Source: Acholeplasmataceae bacterium
GTDB taxonomy: Bacteria; Bacillota_I; Bacilli_A; Acholeplasmatales; Acholeplasmataceae
Assembly (NCBI GenBank): GCA_050251655.1
Contig: JBFWMH010000009.1
Coordinates: 1,530-65,529 of the forward strand
Direction: 5' to 3'
DNA: 64,000 nt
Part shown: positions 21,417-30,571 of the stretch, one piece after another
How positions within the stretch are numbered: the stretch's first letter is position 1
Layout of the letters: every line of letters starts with the position of its first letter
Position numbers and translations under genes: made by a program
Notes under the pieces: model-generated
Databases searched by the model: none
What the model was told of the DNA's origin: nothing
Seen by the model: the letters and a program-made list of their open reading frames with translations, nothing else

Positions 21417-22547
21417 TTATTTCTTTTCTGTAATTTGATGTTTTTGACGATACATTTTTAAGTCAACGTGGTTGAAGAAATCTATCACGGTTTCAAATTT
21501 ATCTTCATCATAAAAATCATATCCATAACTAATTTTTAATGCATAACTTTCTCTACTTTGTTTGTTAAGTTCATTAATGTTTTCAATAATTCGTTTAATC
21601 ACATTATCAACAACTGCTTCATCTTGTGCTGATAAGATGATTGCGAATTCATCGCCACCGATGCGGCTTACAAAATCTTTTGTTCGAACTGAACTTTGTA
21701 ATATATCGCTAATTCTAATGAGTGCTTTATCGCCTTCATTATGACCATAAATATCATTGATTTGTTTGAAATCATCTAAGTCAATAATAATACCGTAGAT
21801 TTTTTCTGACTTGTTTGAATTATTTTTTACTCTAGCGAGCTGTGTTTCAAACTCTCTACGATTAAATAATCCAGTTAAATAGTCTGTTTTTGTTAATTTT
21901 AATTGCATATAAATATAACTAATGAGCAATGAAATGATTAATGCATTCCATATTAAATTTGTTTGTTTATAAATAAGTAAAAATGCCATAGCAATTGAAG
22001 GTGTAGATATAAATAACACTAAAGGTGTAATATCTGCTTTTGTTAAATGTCTAGCATCCATAGCTGTTACCACAAAACTAATAAATGCAATAACATAAAT
22101 TGAACTTGAATACCATAATCTTAGTGGACCAGGTGAATAAATATTGGTATAGGTTTCTATATCAAATAGATAATGACCTTTTAAACTTAAAATTGATAAA
22201 ATCACACTGCTTACAACAACGAAAATATAAATGATGTGTCTTTTCTTAAATTGATATTGATTTTTATAAATCTCAAAATCTAAAAAGACTGCACTTAAAA
22301 ATACAACTGCTGGTGAGATGGTATGATATAAAATTAAAGCAATTACCAATATAATTCTTGCTAAATTTCCAGGTACCCCACTTATACCTAAATAGATTGA
22401 TTCTAAGATGAGAACAACGATTGTTGACCATAAGATGATAAAAAATAATCTATTTAATTTTACAGATCTATAAATTTGACTTTTTAGACTGAAATATAAA
22501 ATTAAAGCAATAATGATTGATAAAATATTATTTTGAATCTCGTACAT
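21417..22547 (-). CDS. Membrane-anchored diguanylate cyclase (about 6 TM helices plus GGDEF)
   Basis: DYLTGLFNRR, DLDDFKQINDIYGHNEGD, RIGGDEF, I-site RTKD. Confidence 0.92.
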   Translation of the reverse strand: MYEIQNNILSIIIALILYFSLKSQIYRSVKLNRLFFIILWSTIVVLILESIYLGISGVPGNLARIILVIALILYHTISPAVVFLSAVFLDFEIYKNQYQFKKRHIIYIFVVVSSVILSILSLKGHYLFDIETYTNIYSPGPLRLWYSSSIYVIAFISFVVTAMDARHLTKADITPLVLFISTPSIAMAFLLIYKQTNLIWNALIISLLISYIYMQLKLTKTDYLTGLFNRREFETQLARVKNNSNKSEKIYGIIIDLDDFKQINDIYGHNEGDKALIRISDILQSSVRTKDFVSRIGGDEFAIILSAQDEAVVDNVIKRIIENINELNKQSRESYALKISYGYDFYDEDKFETVIDFFNHVDLKMYRQKHQITEKK

Positions 22548-22672
22548 ATTTTAACGCATCCTTATATACAACTTTTTTACCATTTACATTATAACATAAA
22601 CAATATAAAAATTATATATTCTATAATTTAATATGATATACTAAAGCCATAAATATAGAGGAGGTAATTTTT

Positions 22673-22903
22673 GTGGGATTCATAAAAGCAGTGGATGGTC
22701 TACCTTGGATTATTAAATTAATTCTTGCGTTACCAATGTTTGATTTTATATACGGTATATATCGTATAGTCAAAGGTTTCAAGAAAAATGATAATATATT
22801 AATTATCGCTGGTATTATTTGGACTTTTGGTGGTTTTGCGATTCTATGGATCATAGATGTAATCACCGTTGTGGTTAACGAGAAAATTACAGTACTTGCA
22901 TAA
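22673..22903 (+). CDS. Small hypothetical membrane protein
   Basis: GTG start behind strong SD GAGGAGG, two hydrophobic segments, followed by a terminator. Confidence 0.75.
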   Translation: MGFIKAVDGLPWIIKLILALPMFDFIYGIYRIVKGFKKNDNILIIAGIIWTFGGFAILWIIDVITVVVNEKITVLA

Positions 22904-22904
22904 T

Positions 22905-22943
22905 AAAAAGGACGAACCTCATTAAAGGTTTGTCCTTTTATTT
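22905..22943. terminator. Bidirectional terminator
   Basis: AAAAGGACGAACCT...AGGTTTGTCCTTTT between convergent genes. Confidence 0.75.
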
Positions 22944-22962
22944 AATTGATTAAGAAATTAGA

Positions 22963-24336
22963 TTATACAAGAGCACCAACTGTAAAATATACAATAAACG
23001 CTAAAGCTAATACGTATAAAACAGGACTCACTTCTTTTCCACGTTTTTGAATAAGCATCATAAGAACAAATGCAGTAAATCCAAACGCAATACCATTACC
23101 AATTGAATAAGTTAACATCATCATAATGATTGTGATAAATGCTGCAGCTAAAGTAGGTGTATCATCCCAATTGATATTTCTAACTTGTGAGAACATAAGA
23201 ATACCAACAAGAACTAATGCCATTGAAGTTAATGCTGAACTTGTAATAAAGATACTAAATACAGGATATGCAACAATTGAAATTAAGAATAATAATCCAA
23301 CAACAACTGATGATAAACCAGTTTTTGCACCTGATTCAATACCAGCACTTGATTCAATATATGAAGTGACTGTTGAAGTACCTAACATCGCACCTACTGT
23401 TGTACCAATAGCATCTGTTAACATTGCTTTATTAACATCTTCTAATTCACCTTTTTCATTTAATAAACCTGCAGGTTCAGAAACTGCAATTAAAGTTCCA
23501 GCTGTATCAAAGATATCAAGATAAATAAGAGAGAATAAAACAAACCATAAATCAGGTTTGCTAAATACTGATGATAAACCATCAGCAAAACCTAAGAATG
23601 TGTCACCAAATGAACTTAAATTTGAATAACCAGTAGAAAAAGCTGGCATACCATTTACCCCAAGTAAACCTAAGACAAATCCAACAATAGCTGTAATCAC
23701 CATTGAAAGGATTAAAGCAAATTTAGATACTTTACCTTTATATACAAATAAACCTAAAGCTAAGAAGATTCCAAATAATGCGAGTAAAACAGATGGGTTT
23801 GAAAAATCGCCTAAACTCACTGCAGTTGCTGAATTTGCGACAACAATACCAGCGTTCTTTAAACCAATGAATGCAATGAAGAAACCAATACCAGCACCAA
23901 TTGCTTTTTTAAGACTTGCAGGTACTGCATTGATAATCCAAGTTCTAATTGGTGTTAATGAGATCACTAAGAAAATAATCCCTGATAAAAAGACTGCTGC
24001 TAATGCTTCTTGCCAACTATAACCATTGCTTAATACTAATGTGTATGCAACTAAAGCGTTAATCCCCATACCAGGTGCTAAAGCGATAGGATAGTTTGCA
24101 TAAACACCCATTAAAATTGTTGCTAAACCTGCAGCAAGTGCAGTTGCTACAAAGACCCCACCTGTAGGAAATGCAAATCCATCAGGTAATCCTTCGATAT
24201 CTAGCAAACCTAAAACTGCTGGATTCACTGCAAGAATATAAGCCATGGCTAAGAATGTAACTAATCCCCCGATAAGTTCAGCTCTTACAGATGATCCTCT
24301 TTCTTCAATCTTGAAGAATTTTTTTACTTTTTCCAC
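22963..24336 (-). CDS. NCS2/AzgA-family purine permease
   Basis: TFLAMAYILAVNP, APGMGINA, FDTAGT, YIESSAG. GTG start 24336 behind AAGGAG; under a guanine riboswitch. Confidence 0.92.
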   Translation of the reverse strand: MEKVKKFFKIEERGSSVRAELIGGLVTFLAMAYILAVNPAVLGLLDIEGLPDGFAFPTGGVFVATALAAGLATILMGVYANYPIALAPGMGINALVAYTLVLSNGYSWQEALAAVFLSGIIFLVISLTPIRTWIINAVPASLKKAIGAGIGFFIAFIGLKNAGIVVANSATAVSLGDFSNPSVLLALFGIFLALGLFVYKGKVSKFALILSMVITAIVGFVLGLLGVNGMPAFSTGYSNLSSFGDTFLGFADGLSSVFSKPDLWFVLFSLIYLDIFDTAGTLIAVSEPAGLLNEKGELEDVNKAMLTDAIGTTVGAMLGTSTVTSYIESSAGIESGAKTGLSSVVVGLLFLISIVAYPVFSIFITSSALTSMALVLVGILMFSQVRNINWDDTPTLAAAFITIIMMMLTYSIGNGIAFGFTAFVLMMLIQKRGKEVSPVLYVLALAFIVYFTVGALV

Positions 24337-24444
24337 TATTTTTTCTCCTTTTGTTTTTTTTGTATTCAACATATGTATCAAAAAAACAAAAAAACCACAA
24401 ATATGTGGTTTCTACATTATGAAAACAGCAAAAAAATGTTTCCA

Positions 24445-24513
24445 TATCGTAGTCGCGCGATTTACGGTTGCACGGTAGAAACTTGACCACCACATTAGGT
24501 CGATTATACGATA
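24445..24513 (-). ncRNA. Purine (guanine-type) riboswitch aptamer
   Basis: TATCGTATAATCGACCTAATGTGGTGGTCAAGTTTCTACCGTGCAACCGTAAATCGCGCGACTACGATA: P1 TATCGTA/TACGATA, core AGTTTCTACC, L3 CCGTAAA, discriminator C (GAC-TACG). Downstream terminator AAACCACA-TATT-TGTGGTTT plus U-tract (about 24378-24413). Confidence 0.95.
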
Positions 24514-24529
24514 GATTGAATACTCTACA

Positions 24530-24558
24530 ATTATAACAAAGCACCCATATCTTGTAAA
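24530..24558 (-). promoter_or_regulatory. Promoter of the guanine riboswitch leader
   Basis: TTTACA-17 nt-TATAAT with extended -10 TG. Confidence 0.7.
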
Positions 24559-24610
24559 GGTGCCTTTTGCTTTTTTTTACATTTTCAAAACTATTTTTAA
24601 AAACGTTATT

Positions 24611-25063
24611 CTATTCGACTCGAGTAAGTATCTCAAATGCTTCATCAGAAGTCGTTGCATTTAACAATTCATTTCTAAAACTTTCGTGTATCAAACTTCT
24701 AGATAACATTGCTAATACTTTTAAGTGCAAATTGACACCATCTTCAGGAATACAGATTAAGAAGAAAAGTTGTGCTTTTTGCCCATCTAAACTTTTAAAC
24801 TCAATACCTTCAGTAGATCTACCAAACACAACTGATGGTTTATTGATATGTGATGTCTTAGCATGCGGAAGAGCAATCTTTAATCCAATACCTGTTGTGT
24901 CTAATGATTCTCTGACTAAAACATCATCAACAAGTCCATTTAAATCATCAATATGCCCTTTTTTATACATCAATGCAGCAAGTTCATTAATAACATCTTC
25001 TTTATTGATAGATTCTAAATTTAATTTAATATCTTCTTTATCCATAAAATCTAAAAGTCTCAT
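24611..25063 (-). CDS. Stand-alone PTS EIIA (fructose/mannitol/Ntr family)
   Basis: RESLDTTGIG, IALPHAKT (phospho-His), FGRSTEGIEF, DGQKAQLFFLI, HLKVLAMLSR. Confidence 0.9.
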   Translation of the reverse strand: MRLLDFMDKEDIKLNLESINKEDVINELAALMYKKGHIDDLNGLVDDVLVRESLDTTGIGLKIALPHAKTSHINKPSVVFGRSTEGIEFKSLDGQKAQLFFLICIPEDGVNLHLKVLAMLSRSLIHESFRNELLNATTSDEAFEILTRVE

Positions 25064-25220
25064 GGTCTTCTCCTATATTTTATTGTTATTGTTCATCTTC
25101 AATTATATTATACCAAAACAGGTGATATATTAGTAAAGTTTAGAGCATATAAGCATACTTTGATGTTCGTATGATTTATAATATTAATAGATAATCATAT
25201 CAAAGGAGAATGAATTTAAA

Positions 25221-25862
25221 ATGAATTTAAAAAAATATTTTGCTGAATTATTCGGGACATTTGTCTTAGTATTTGTCGGTACTGCTACTGCAATTGAAAC
25301 TGGTGATCCATTATTTACCGCATTAGCATTTGGACTTGTTGTTGTTGCTATGGCATATAGCATTGGCTCAATCTCTGGTGCACATTTAAATCCTGCTGTG
25401 TCATTTGGATTAGCTTTAAGTAAAAGAATTACATGGAAAGACTTTGCATTCTATGCATTATTCCAAGTCGTTGGTGCTTTCTTAGCAAGTTTAGTAGTTG
25501 CATTAGTATTAGGTACAACAGCAACTCTAGGTGGTAATGAAGTTCAAGCTGCTTTAAATGGTAACTTATGGTTAGCATTACTTGTTGAAGTTATTGTTGC
25601 TACAGTATTTATCTTTGTAATTTTAAGTGTTACTTCTAAAGAAGAAAATGCACGTGTTGCCGGATTTGTTATCGCTTTAACATTAGCTGTTCTTATCTTA
25701 GCATCATTTAATTTATCAAATGCTGGTTTAAATCCTGCTAGATCAATTGCACCTGCTTTATTACAAGGTGGTACTGCATTAACTCAAGTATGGGTATTCA
25801 TTTTAGGACCACTTGTTGGTGCTTTCTTAGGTAGTACATTATTTAAAGCATTAAATAAATAA
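25221..25862 (+). CDS. MIP family channel (aquaporin-type)
   Basis: ISGAHLNPAVS and GLNPARSIAP motifs. Confidence 0.92.
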   Translation: MNLKKYFAELFGTFVLVFVGTATAIETGDPLFTALAFGLVVVAMAYSIGSISGAHLNPAVSFGLALSKRITWKDFAFYALFQVVGAFLASLVVALVLGTTATLGGNEVQAALNGNLWLALLVEVIVATVFIFVILSVTSKEENARVAGFVIALTLAVLILASFNLSNAGLNPARSIAPALLQGGTALTQVWVFILGPLVGAFLGSTLFKALNK

Positions 25863-25882
25863 TATATCAGCTTATAATGAAT

Positions 25883-25914
25883 AAAAGGTTCTCGTGATGA
25901 CGAGAACCTTTTTT
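25883..25914. terminator. Bidirectional terminator
   Basis: AAAAGGTTCTCGT-GATG-ACGAGAACCTTTT. Confidence 0.8.
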
Positions 25915-26509
25915 ATAGTTGTTTTAATACTTCTAAAAGATGATCTGCGATAATGCTAAATCCTAATTGTGTTGGATGAACACCATCACTTAAGATATCT
26001 AATTTTTGATATTGAGATAAATAACTATCGAGTATCGATTGCATATCCAAACATTTCAAATCAAAATGTCTTGCAATCTCTTTAACCATGTCTTGTTCAA
26101 TTTCTAAATCTTTTTGCCAAATAGGTTCATAGACACCAACATCAAAAACAAATGGTGTCATCAAAATGATTTCTGTATCTGGACATTCTTTTTTCGTCCA
26201 CTCGATCAATTTCATATAGTTGTTTTTAAATGCTTCTGGTAAGACGATATCACCAAATGCATAATGGTGCCATATTTCATTAATACCAATCAAGATAGTA
26301 ACAACATCAGGTTTTAAATCAATCAAGTCTTCTTGCCAGCGTAATAGTAAATCAGTTGTCTTATTTCCAGAAATGCCTCTGTTAAATACTTTAACATCTT
26401 TTAATGCTTTTGAAATGATCGGTACATACCCATTTCCTAAATCATCAAAACTTGACTTATCTCTATTCCAATCCGTGATGGAATCACCTATACATACGAG
26501 TCTTTTCAT
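25913..26509 (-). CDS. SGNH/GDSL hydrolase
   Basis: GDSIT, NRGISG, GINE, DGVHP. Confidence 0.9.
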   Translation of the reverse strand: MKRLVCIGDSITDWNRDKSSFDDLGNGYVPIISKALKDVKVFNRGISGNKTTDLLLRWQEDLIDLKPDVVTILIGINEIWHHYAFGDIVLPEAFKNNYMKLIEWTKKECPDTEIILMTPFVFDVGVYEPIWQKDLEIEQDMVKEIARHFDLKCLDMQSILDSYLSQYQKLDILSDGVHPTQLGFSIIADHLLEVLKQL

Positions 26510-26510
26510 C

Positions 26511-27470
26511 TTATGCAATCGTCTTTCTCTTAAAGTTACCAATCACATTTCTAACTGGACTGGCGACCACAAATGCATTAGGATCTAATTTTTTAATAAT
26601 CTCGGTGAGCGGGTGAAATTCATATGATGAAATAATGACATAAACCATTGTTTTTTCATGATGAGAATATGCACCTTCAACTTTTAATAATGTAACACCA
26701 CGATAAAGATTAGTTAAAATCTCATCTACTAACGCTTTAGGTTCCACTGTAATAATGTTAACTGATAAGAAATGATATGCAGTATGCATTCTATCAGTAA
26801 TCACAGTTGAAACAATAATTCTAATAATTGTATATGATGTGATCACACCGCCTGAGACAATAATTCCAGTTGTTGTAGCTCTACCACCAATGATGAGTCC
26901 CCCAAGCACAGCAATGATCACATTCATCGCCATTGAGAAGAATCCAACGCTTTTACCTTTCTTAAAGGCTAAATATTGTGCAACAATATCAAGTCCACCA
27001 GTTGATGTTCCAAAGCGTAGAGCACCACCAGTACCAACCCCAATAAGTAAGCCACCTAAAATGGCTGAAGTAAGCGCATGTTCAACACTTGCTAATCCCA
27101 TATCAACATATGGAATCCAGCTTAACATAAATGATTGAATTAAAACTGAAATAATACTATAGATTGTAAATCTATGTGAAACACCGAACCAACCTAAAAT
27201 AAGAATTGGAATATTAAATATGATAATGAATAACCCAAGAAAGTGTTCAGATAATCCATAACCAAAAACCTTGGATAAAATATCTCTGACTAACTGTCCA
27301 ATCCCAGGAATTCCCCCTGTATAAAGTGGTACAACAGAAGCTTCAAGAAACCAAGCAACACCAACACCATAAATCACAGTGAAGATGACAACTGCAATGA
27401 CTCTCTCAAGTTCAGGTACAACTTTTGATCTAAATTCATCGGAACGCATCCAAACAAATAGTTTATTCAT
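26511..27470 (-). CDS. YitT family membrane protein
   Basis: TGGIPG, NIPILILG, STGGLDIVA, C-terminal GVTLLKVEGAYS...DPNAFV. Confidence 0.85.
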   Translation of the reverse strand: MNKLFVWMRSDEFRSKVVPELERVIAVVIFTVIYGVGVAWFLEASVVPLYTGGIPGIGQLVRDILSKVFGYGLSEHFLGLFIIIFNIPILILGWFGVSHRFTIYSIISVLIQSFMLSWIPYVDMGLASVEHALTSAILGGLLIGVGTGGALRFGTSTGGLDIVAQYLAFKKGKSVGFFSMAMNVIIAVLGGLIIGGRATTTGIIVSGGVITSYTIIRIIVSTVITDRMHTAYHFLSVNIITVEPKALVDEILTNLYRGVTLLKVEGAYSHHEKTMVYVIISSYEFHPLTEIIKKLDPNAFVVASPVRNVIGNFKRKTIA

Positions 27471-29028
27471 TTTGATCTTTTAATATCTCCTCTAATTTTT
27501 TATTTAAGTCGTATCTTTCAAATAATACTTCTGCAGTTTCTAAAGTCACTTCATCAAATGAACCAAATCCACTTAATGATTCAAAATCATCTTTTTCAAC
27601 TTTAATTAAATCTAATATCTTTTTAGATGTTTGTGGAATAAATGGTTTTAATAATACACCTACAAATCTAATGGTTTCAAGTAATTGATATAAGACATAA
27701 TCAAGTTCAACTTGTTTATCTTCATCTTTAAATAGTGCCCATGGTGCTGCAACATCAATATACTTGTTAGCATGTCTTGCAAGTTTAACAACTTCTTCTA
27801 AAGCGTCAGCAACCTTGAGTTCATCCATCAATTTATCCATTTGTGGTAAAACATCAAGTGCTTTATCTTCTAAGTTGAATTCAAAAGGTTCTTTAATACT
27901 TACCTTCTTAACGACACCATCTCGATATTTTTTTGCCATACCGATGGTTCTATTGACTAAGTTACCAATGGTATTTGCTAAATCACTATTGTTTCTCTCA
28001 ATCATGAGTTCATAAGTAATGTTACCATCTTGTGCATAAGGTATTTCATGAAGCACATAATATCTCACTGCATCAACACCAAAATACTTCACTAAGTCAT
28101 CTGTATACATCACATTACCAACAGATTTACTCATTTTACCTTTATTGACTAAAATCCAAGGATGGCCAAACACTTGTTTTGGCAATTCCACACCTAAAGC
28201 CATTAATATAATTGGCCAATAAATCGTATGGAATCTTAAAATATCTTTACCAATCAAATGCACATCTGCTGGCCAATATGCTTTAAATTGGTCGCTTGCT
28301 TCTTCGTCTGGATGGTATCCTAATCCTGTAATATAATTACTTAAAGCATCAACCCAAACATAAATCACATGTTTATCATCAAAGTCGACAGGTATACCCC
28401 ATTTAAATGAAGTTCTAGAAACCGATAAGTCAGGTAGTGGTTCTTTTAGAAAGTTTTGAACCATTTCATTTTTTCTTGATTCTGGTTGAATGAAATTTGG
28501 ATGTTCTTCAATATGTTTTAATAGTCTTTCTTGATATTTTTCTAGTTTTAAGAAATATGTTTCTTCAGAAGTCCAAACAAGTTCATCACCACTAGGACCT
28601 TTTCCATCAACAATGTCTTTCTCAAAAATAAAAGCTTCATCTGCAACACTATACCAACCTTCATATTTACCTAAATAAATATCGCCTTGATCAAATAGTT
28701 TCTTAAAAATAGCTTGAACTGATTTTTCATGATAATCATCAGTTGTTCTAATAAAATGATCATAGCTGACATCTACTTTATCATAAATACGTTTAATTTC
28801 TGATGAGATGTGATCTGCATAAGCTTTTGGCGACAATTCATTGATTGCTGCCTTATTTTCAATTTTTTGTCCATGTTCATCAGTTCCAGTTTGAAAAAAC
28901 ACATCATCGCCTTTAGCTCTTCTATAGCGAACTATAGCGTCCGCTAATATGGCTTCATATACATTTCCGATGTGTGGAATTGCTGAACTGTATGCAATTG
29001 CTGTTGTTAAATAAAATTTTTTACTCAT
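27463..29028 (-). CDS. metG: Methionine--tRNA ligase (short form, no C-terminal OB domain)
   Basis: PHIGN, GTDEHGQKI, YVWVDAL, GKDILRFH, KMSKS; preceded by a Met T-box. Confidence 0.95.
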   Translation of the reverse strand: MSKKFYLTTAIAYSSAIPHIGNVYEAILADAIVRYRRAKGDDVFFQTGTDEHGQKIENKAAINELSPKAYADHISSEIKRIYDKVDVSYDHFIRTTDDYHEKSVQAIFKKLFDQGDIYLGKYEGWYSVADEAFIFEKDIVDGKGPSGDELVWTSEETYFLKLEKYQERLLKHIEEHPNFIQPESRKNEMVQNFLKEPLPDLSVSRTSFKWGIPVDFDDKHVIYVWVDALSNYITGLGYHPDEEASDQFKAYWPADVHLIGKDILRFHTIYWPIILMALGVELPKQVFGHPWILVNKGKMSKSVGNVMYTDDLVKYFGVDAVRYYVLHEIPYAQDGNITYELMIERNNSDLANTIGNLVNRTIGMAKKYRDGVVKKVSIKEPFEFNLEDKALDVLPQMDKLMDELKVADALEEVVKLARHANKYIDVAAPWALFKDEDKQVELDYVLYQLLETIRFVGVLLKPFIPQTSKKILDLIKVEKDDFESLSGFGSFDEVTLETAEVLFERYDLNKKLEEILKDQNE

Positions 29029-29047
29029 TCTTATGCCTCCAATTAAA

Positions 29048-29272
29048 TAAAAAACGTCCTTGAAAAAACTCTAAGGACGAATCATCGCGGTACCACCTTA
29101 GTTCTAGACTAAATGGAGTCTAGCACTCAACACTTTAACGTAGCTGACGTTTCACTCTACATATCGAATGAAAGGCTCGAAAACCATGTTCATATAACTA
29201 TTGATTCGTTTTCACCAACCACGAATTCTCTAATTTCAACTAGCCATATTACTCTTTTTCTCATCGCCGATT
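29048..29272 (-). ncRNA. T-box riboswitch with Met (AUG) specifier upstream of metG
   Basis: AGAGA and GGTGA boxes, specifier GAAC-ATG-G (29187-29185), T-box AACTAAGGTGGTACCGCGA, terminator CGTCCTT...AAGGACG plus TTTTTT. Confidence 0.93.
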
Positions 29273-29321
29273 AAATTTCACTTATATTATATATAATATC
29301 AATCTATTTTACAATATCTTT

Positions 29322-30164
29322 TTAATCAATAATTTTAAATGCTTTATAAACTTCATTTTTAGGTATTTTTCTTAAACTAGCGACTTTCTTCATCGCATCT
29401 TTTTCGCTCAACCCTTGACTTATAAATAATTTGACATGATCACTTAATGACATATCATCAAATGTTAGAATTTCATGATTGCCATCAATGATTAAAACAT
29501 ATTCACCTTTATTTATATGCTCCATTTCGATTGCTTCTGATAGCGTTGTTCTAATCCATGTTTCAAATGTTTTTGTAAGTTCTCTCGCTATAGCGATTTT
29601 TCTATTTCCTAAAACATCAAATAACACTTTCAATGTATCACTAATACGCATTGGAGATTCATAAACGATGAGTGTTTTTTCATCATGAATATAAGTTTCC
29701 AAAGTCTGTTTAGCATCACTTTTTTTACGTGGTAAAAATCCAATAAATACATGAGGTTGCATGGACAACCCTGATCCTACTAGTGCCGTTAAAGAAGCAC
29801 TTGCTCCAGGAATAGGCACAACATAAAATGATGCCTCTATCACCTTTTGAATAAGTAAATATCCAGGATCACTAATGCCTGGTGTACCAGCATCAGTGAT
29901 AATAGCAAGATGTTTACCTTCATTTAAAAGTTTTATTGCTTCGATGCTTTTTTCATCTTTATTAAACTCATGATAACTGATCATTTGTGTATTTATATTA
30001 AAATGTTTAAGGAGAACCCCTGAATTTCTCGTATCCTCAGCAAATATGTAGTCTACTTCTTTTAAAATCTCAACAGCTCTATAAGTCATATCACTTAAGT
30101 TGCCAATCGGTGTTGAGACAACATATAACGTAGGTTTAGGTTCTTTAAAACTCTTTTGAATCAA
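29322..30164 (-). CDS. rsmI: 16S rRNA C1402 2'-O-methyltransferase
   Basis: VSTPIGNLSDMTYRA, AEDTR, DAGTPGISDPG, YESPMR, ARELTKTFE. Confidence 0.95.
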   Translation of the reverse strand: MIQKSFKEPKPTLYVVSTPIGNLSDMTYRAVEILKEVDYIFAEDTRNSGVLLKHFNINTQMISYHEFNKDEKSIEAIKLLNEGKHLAIITDAGTPGISDPGYLLIQKVIEASFYVVPIPGASASLTALVGSGLSMQPHVFIGFLPRKKSDAKQTLETYIHDEKTLIVYESPMRISDTLKVLFDVLGNRKIAIARELTKTFETWIRTTLSEAIEMEHINKGEYVLIIDGNHEILTFDDMSLSDHVKLFISQGLSEKDAMKKVASLRKIPKNEVYKAFKIID

Positions 30165-30571
30165 GACGTAACAATCCTTTTTGCACGTTCTCTTAAGTCT
30201 CTTTCATTATAGACTAAGCGAATAATTTGTTTTTTCTTATAATCATCAATGTTAAAATGCTCTCTAATGTCTTCTAAGAAAAAGTGTTCAGCGGTGTTGT
30301 ATAATTCATCAATCATTGAGGTTTTAATTAGATTAAGGTAGACAATATTTTTTACGGCAACACTAGCCTCAGAAAAAAATTCAATTGTTTCTTTAAGATC
30401 TGCACTTAATTTAAATGTGTATTCATTAGCGATATCATCTCCAACTTCAACAAGCATCGTTTGTAAAAGTCGCTTTTCAATTTCAGATGCTTCACCATCA
30501 ACTGTGACCATATGCATCGCCAAATCTAAAAATTTCAATTTTTCTTTTCTTGTCAATAAACTAAGTAACAT
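30161..30571 (-). CDS. Hypothetical protein, probable TerB-like helical domain
   Basis: AMHMVTVDGEASEIEK resembles the TerB aDG..s..E motif; translationally coupled on both sides. Confidence 0.55.
   Translation of the reverse strand: MLLSLLTRKEKLKFLDLAMHMVTVDGEASEIEKRLLQTMLVEVGDDIANEYTFKLSADLKETIEFFSEASVAVKNIVYLNLIKTSMIDELYNTAEHFFLEDIREHFNIDDYKKKQIIRLVYNERDLRERAKRIVTS

Noticed and set aside
25155-25172. CATAC-N10-GTATG upstream of the aquaporin as a second copy of the ROK operator
   Set aside because: Only 5-bp arms and a different spacing (N10 versus N8); expected by chance in AT-rich DNA
27463-29028. metG truncated by loss of the C-terminal tRNA-binding domain
   Set aside because: Short monomeric MetRS is a normal form, and the gene ends cleanly, coupled to the next ORF
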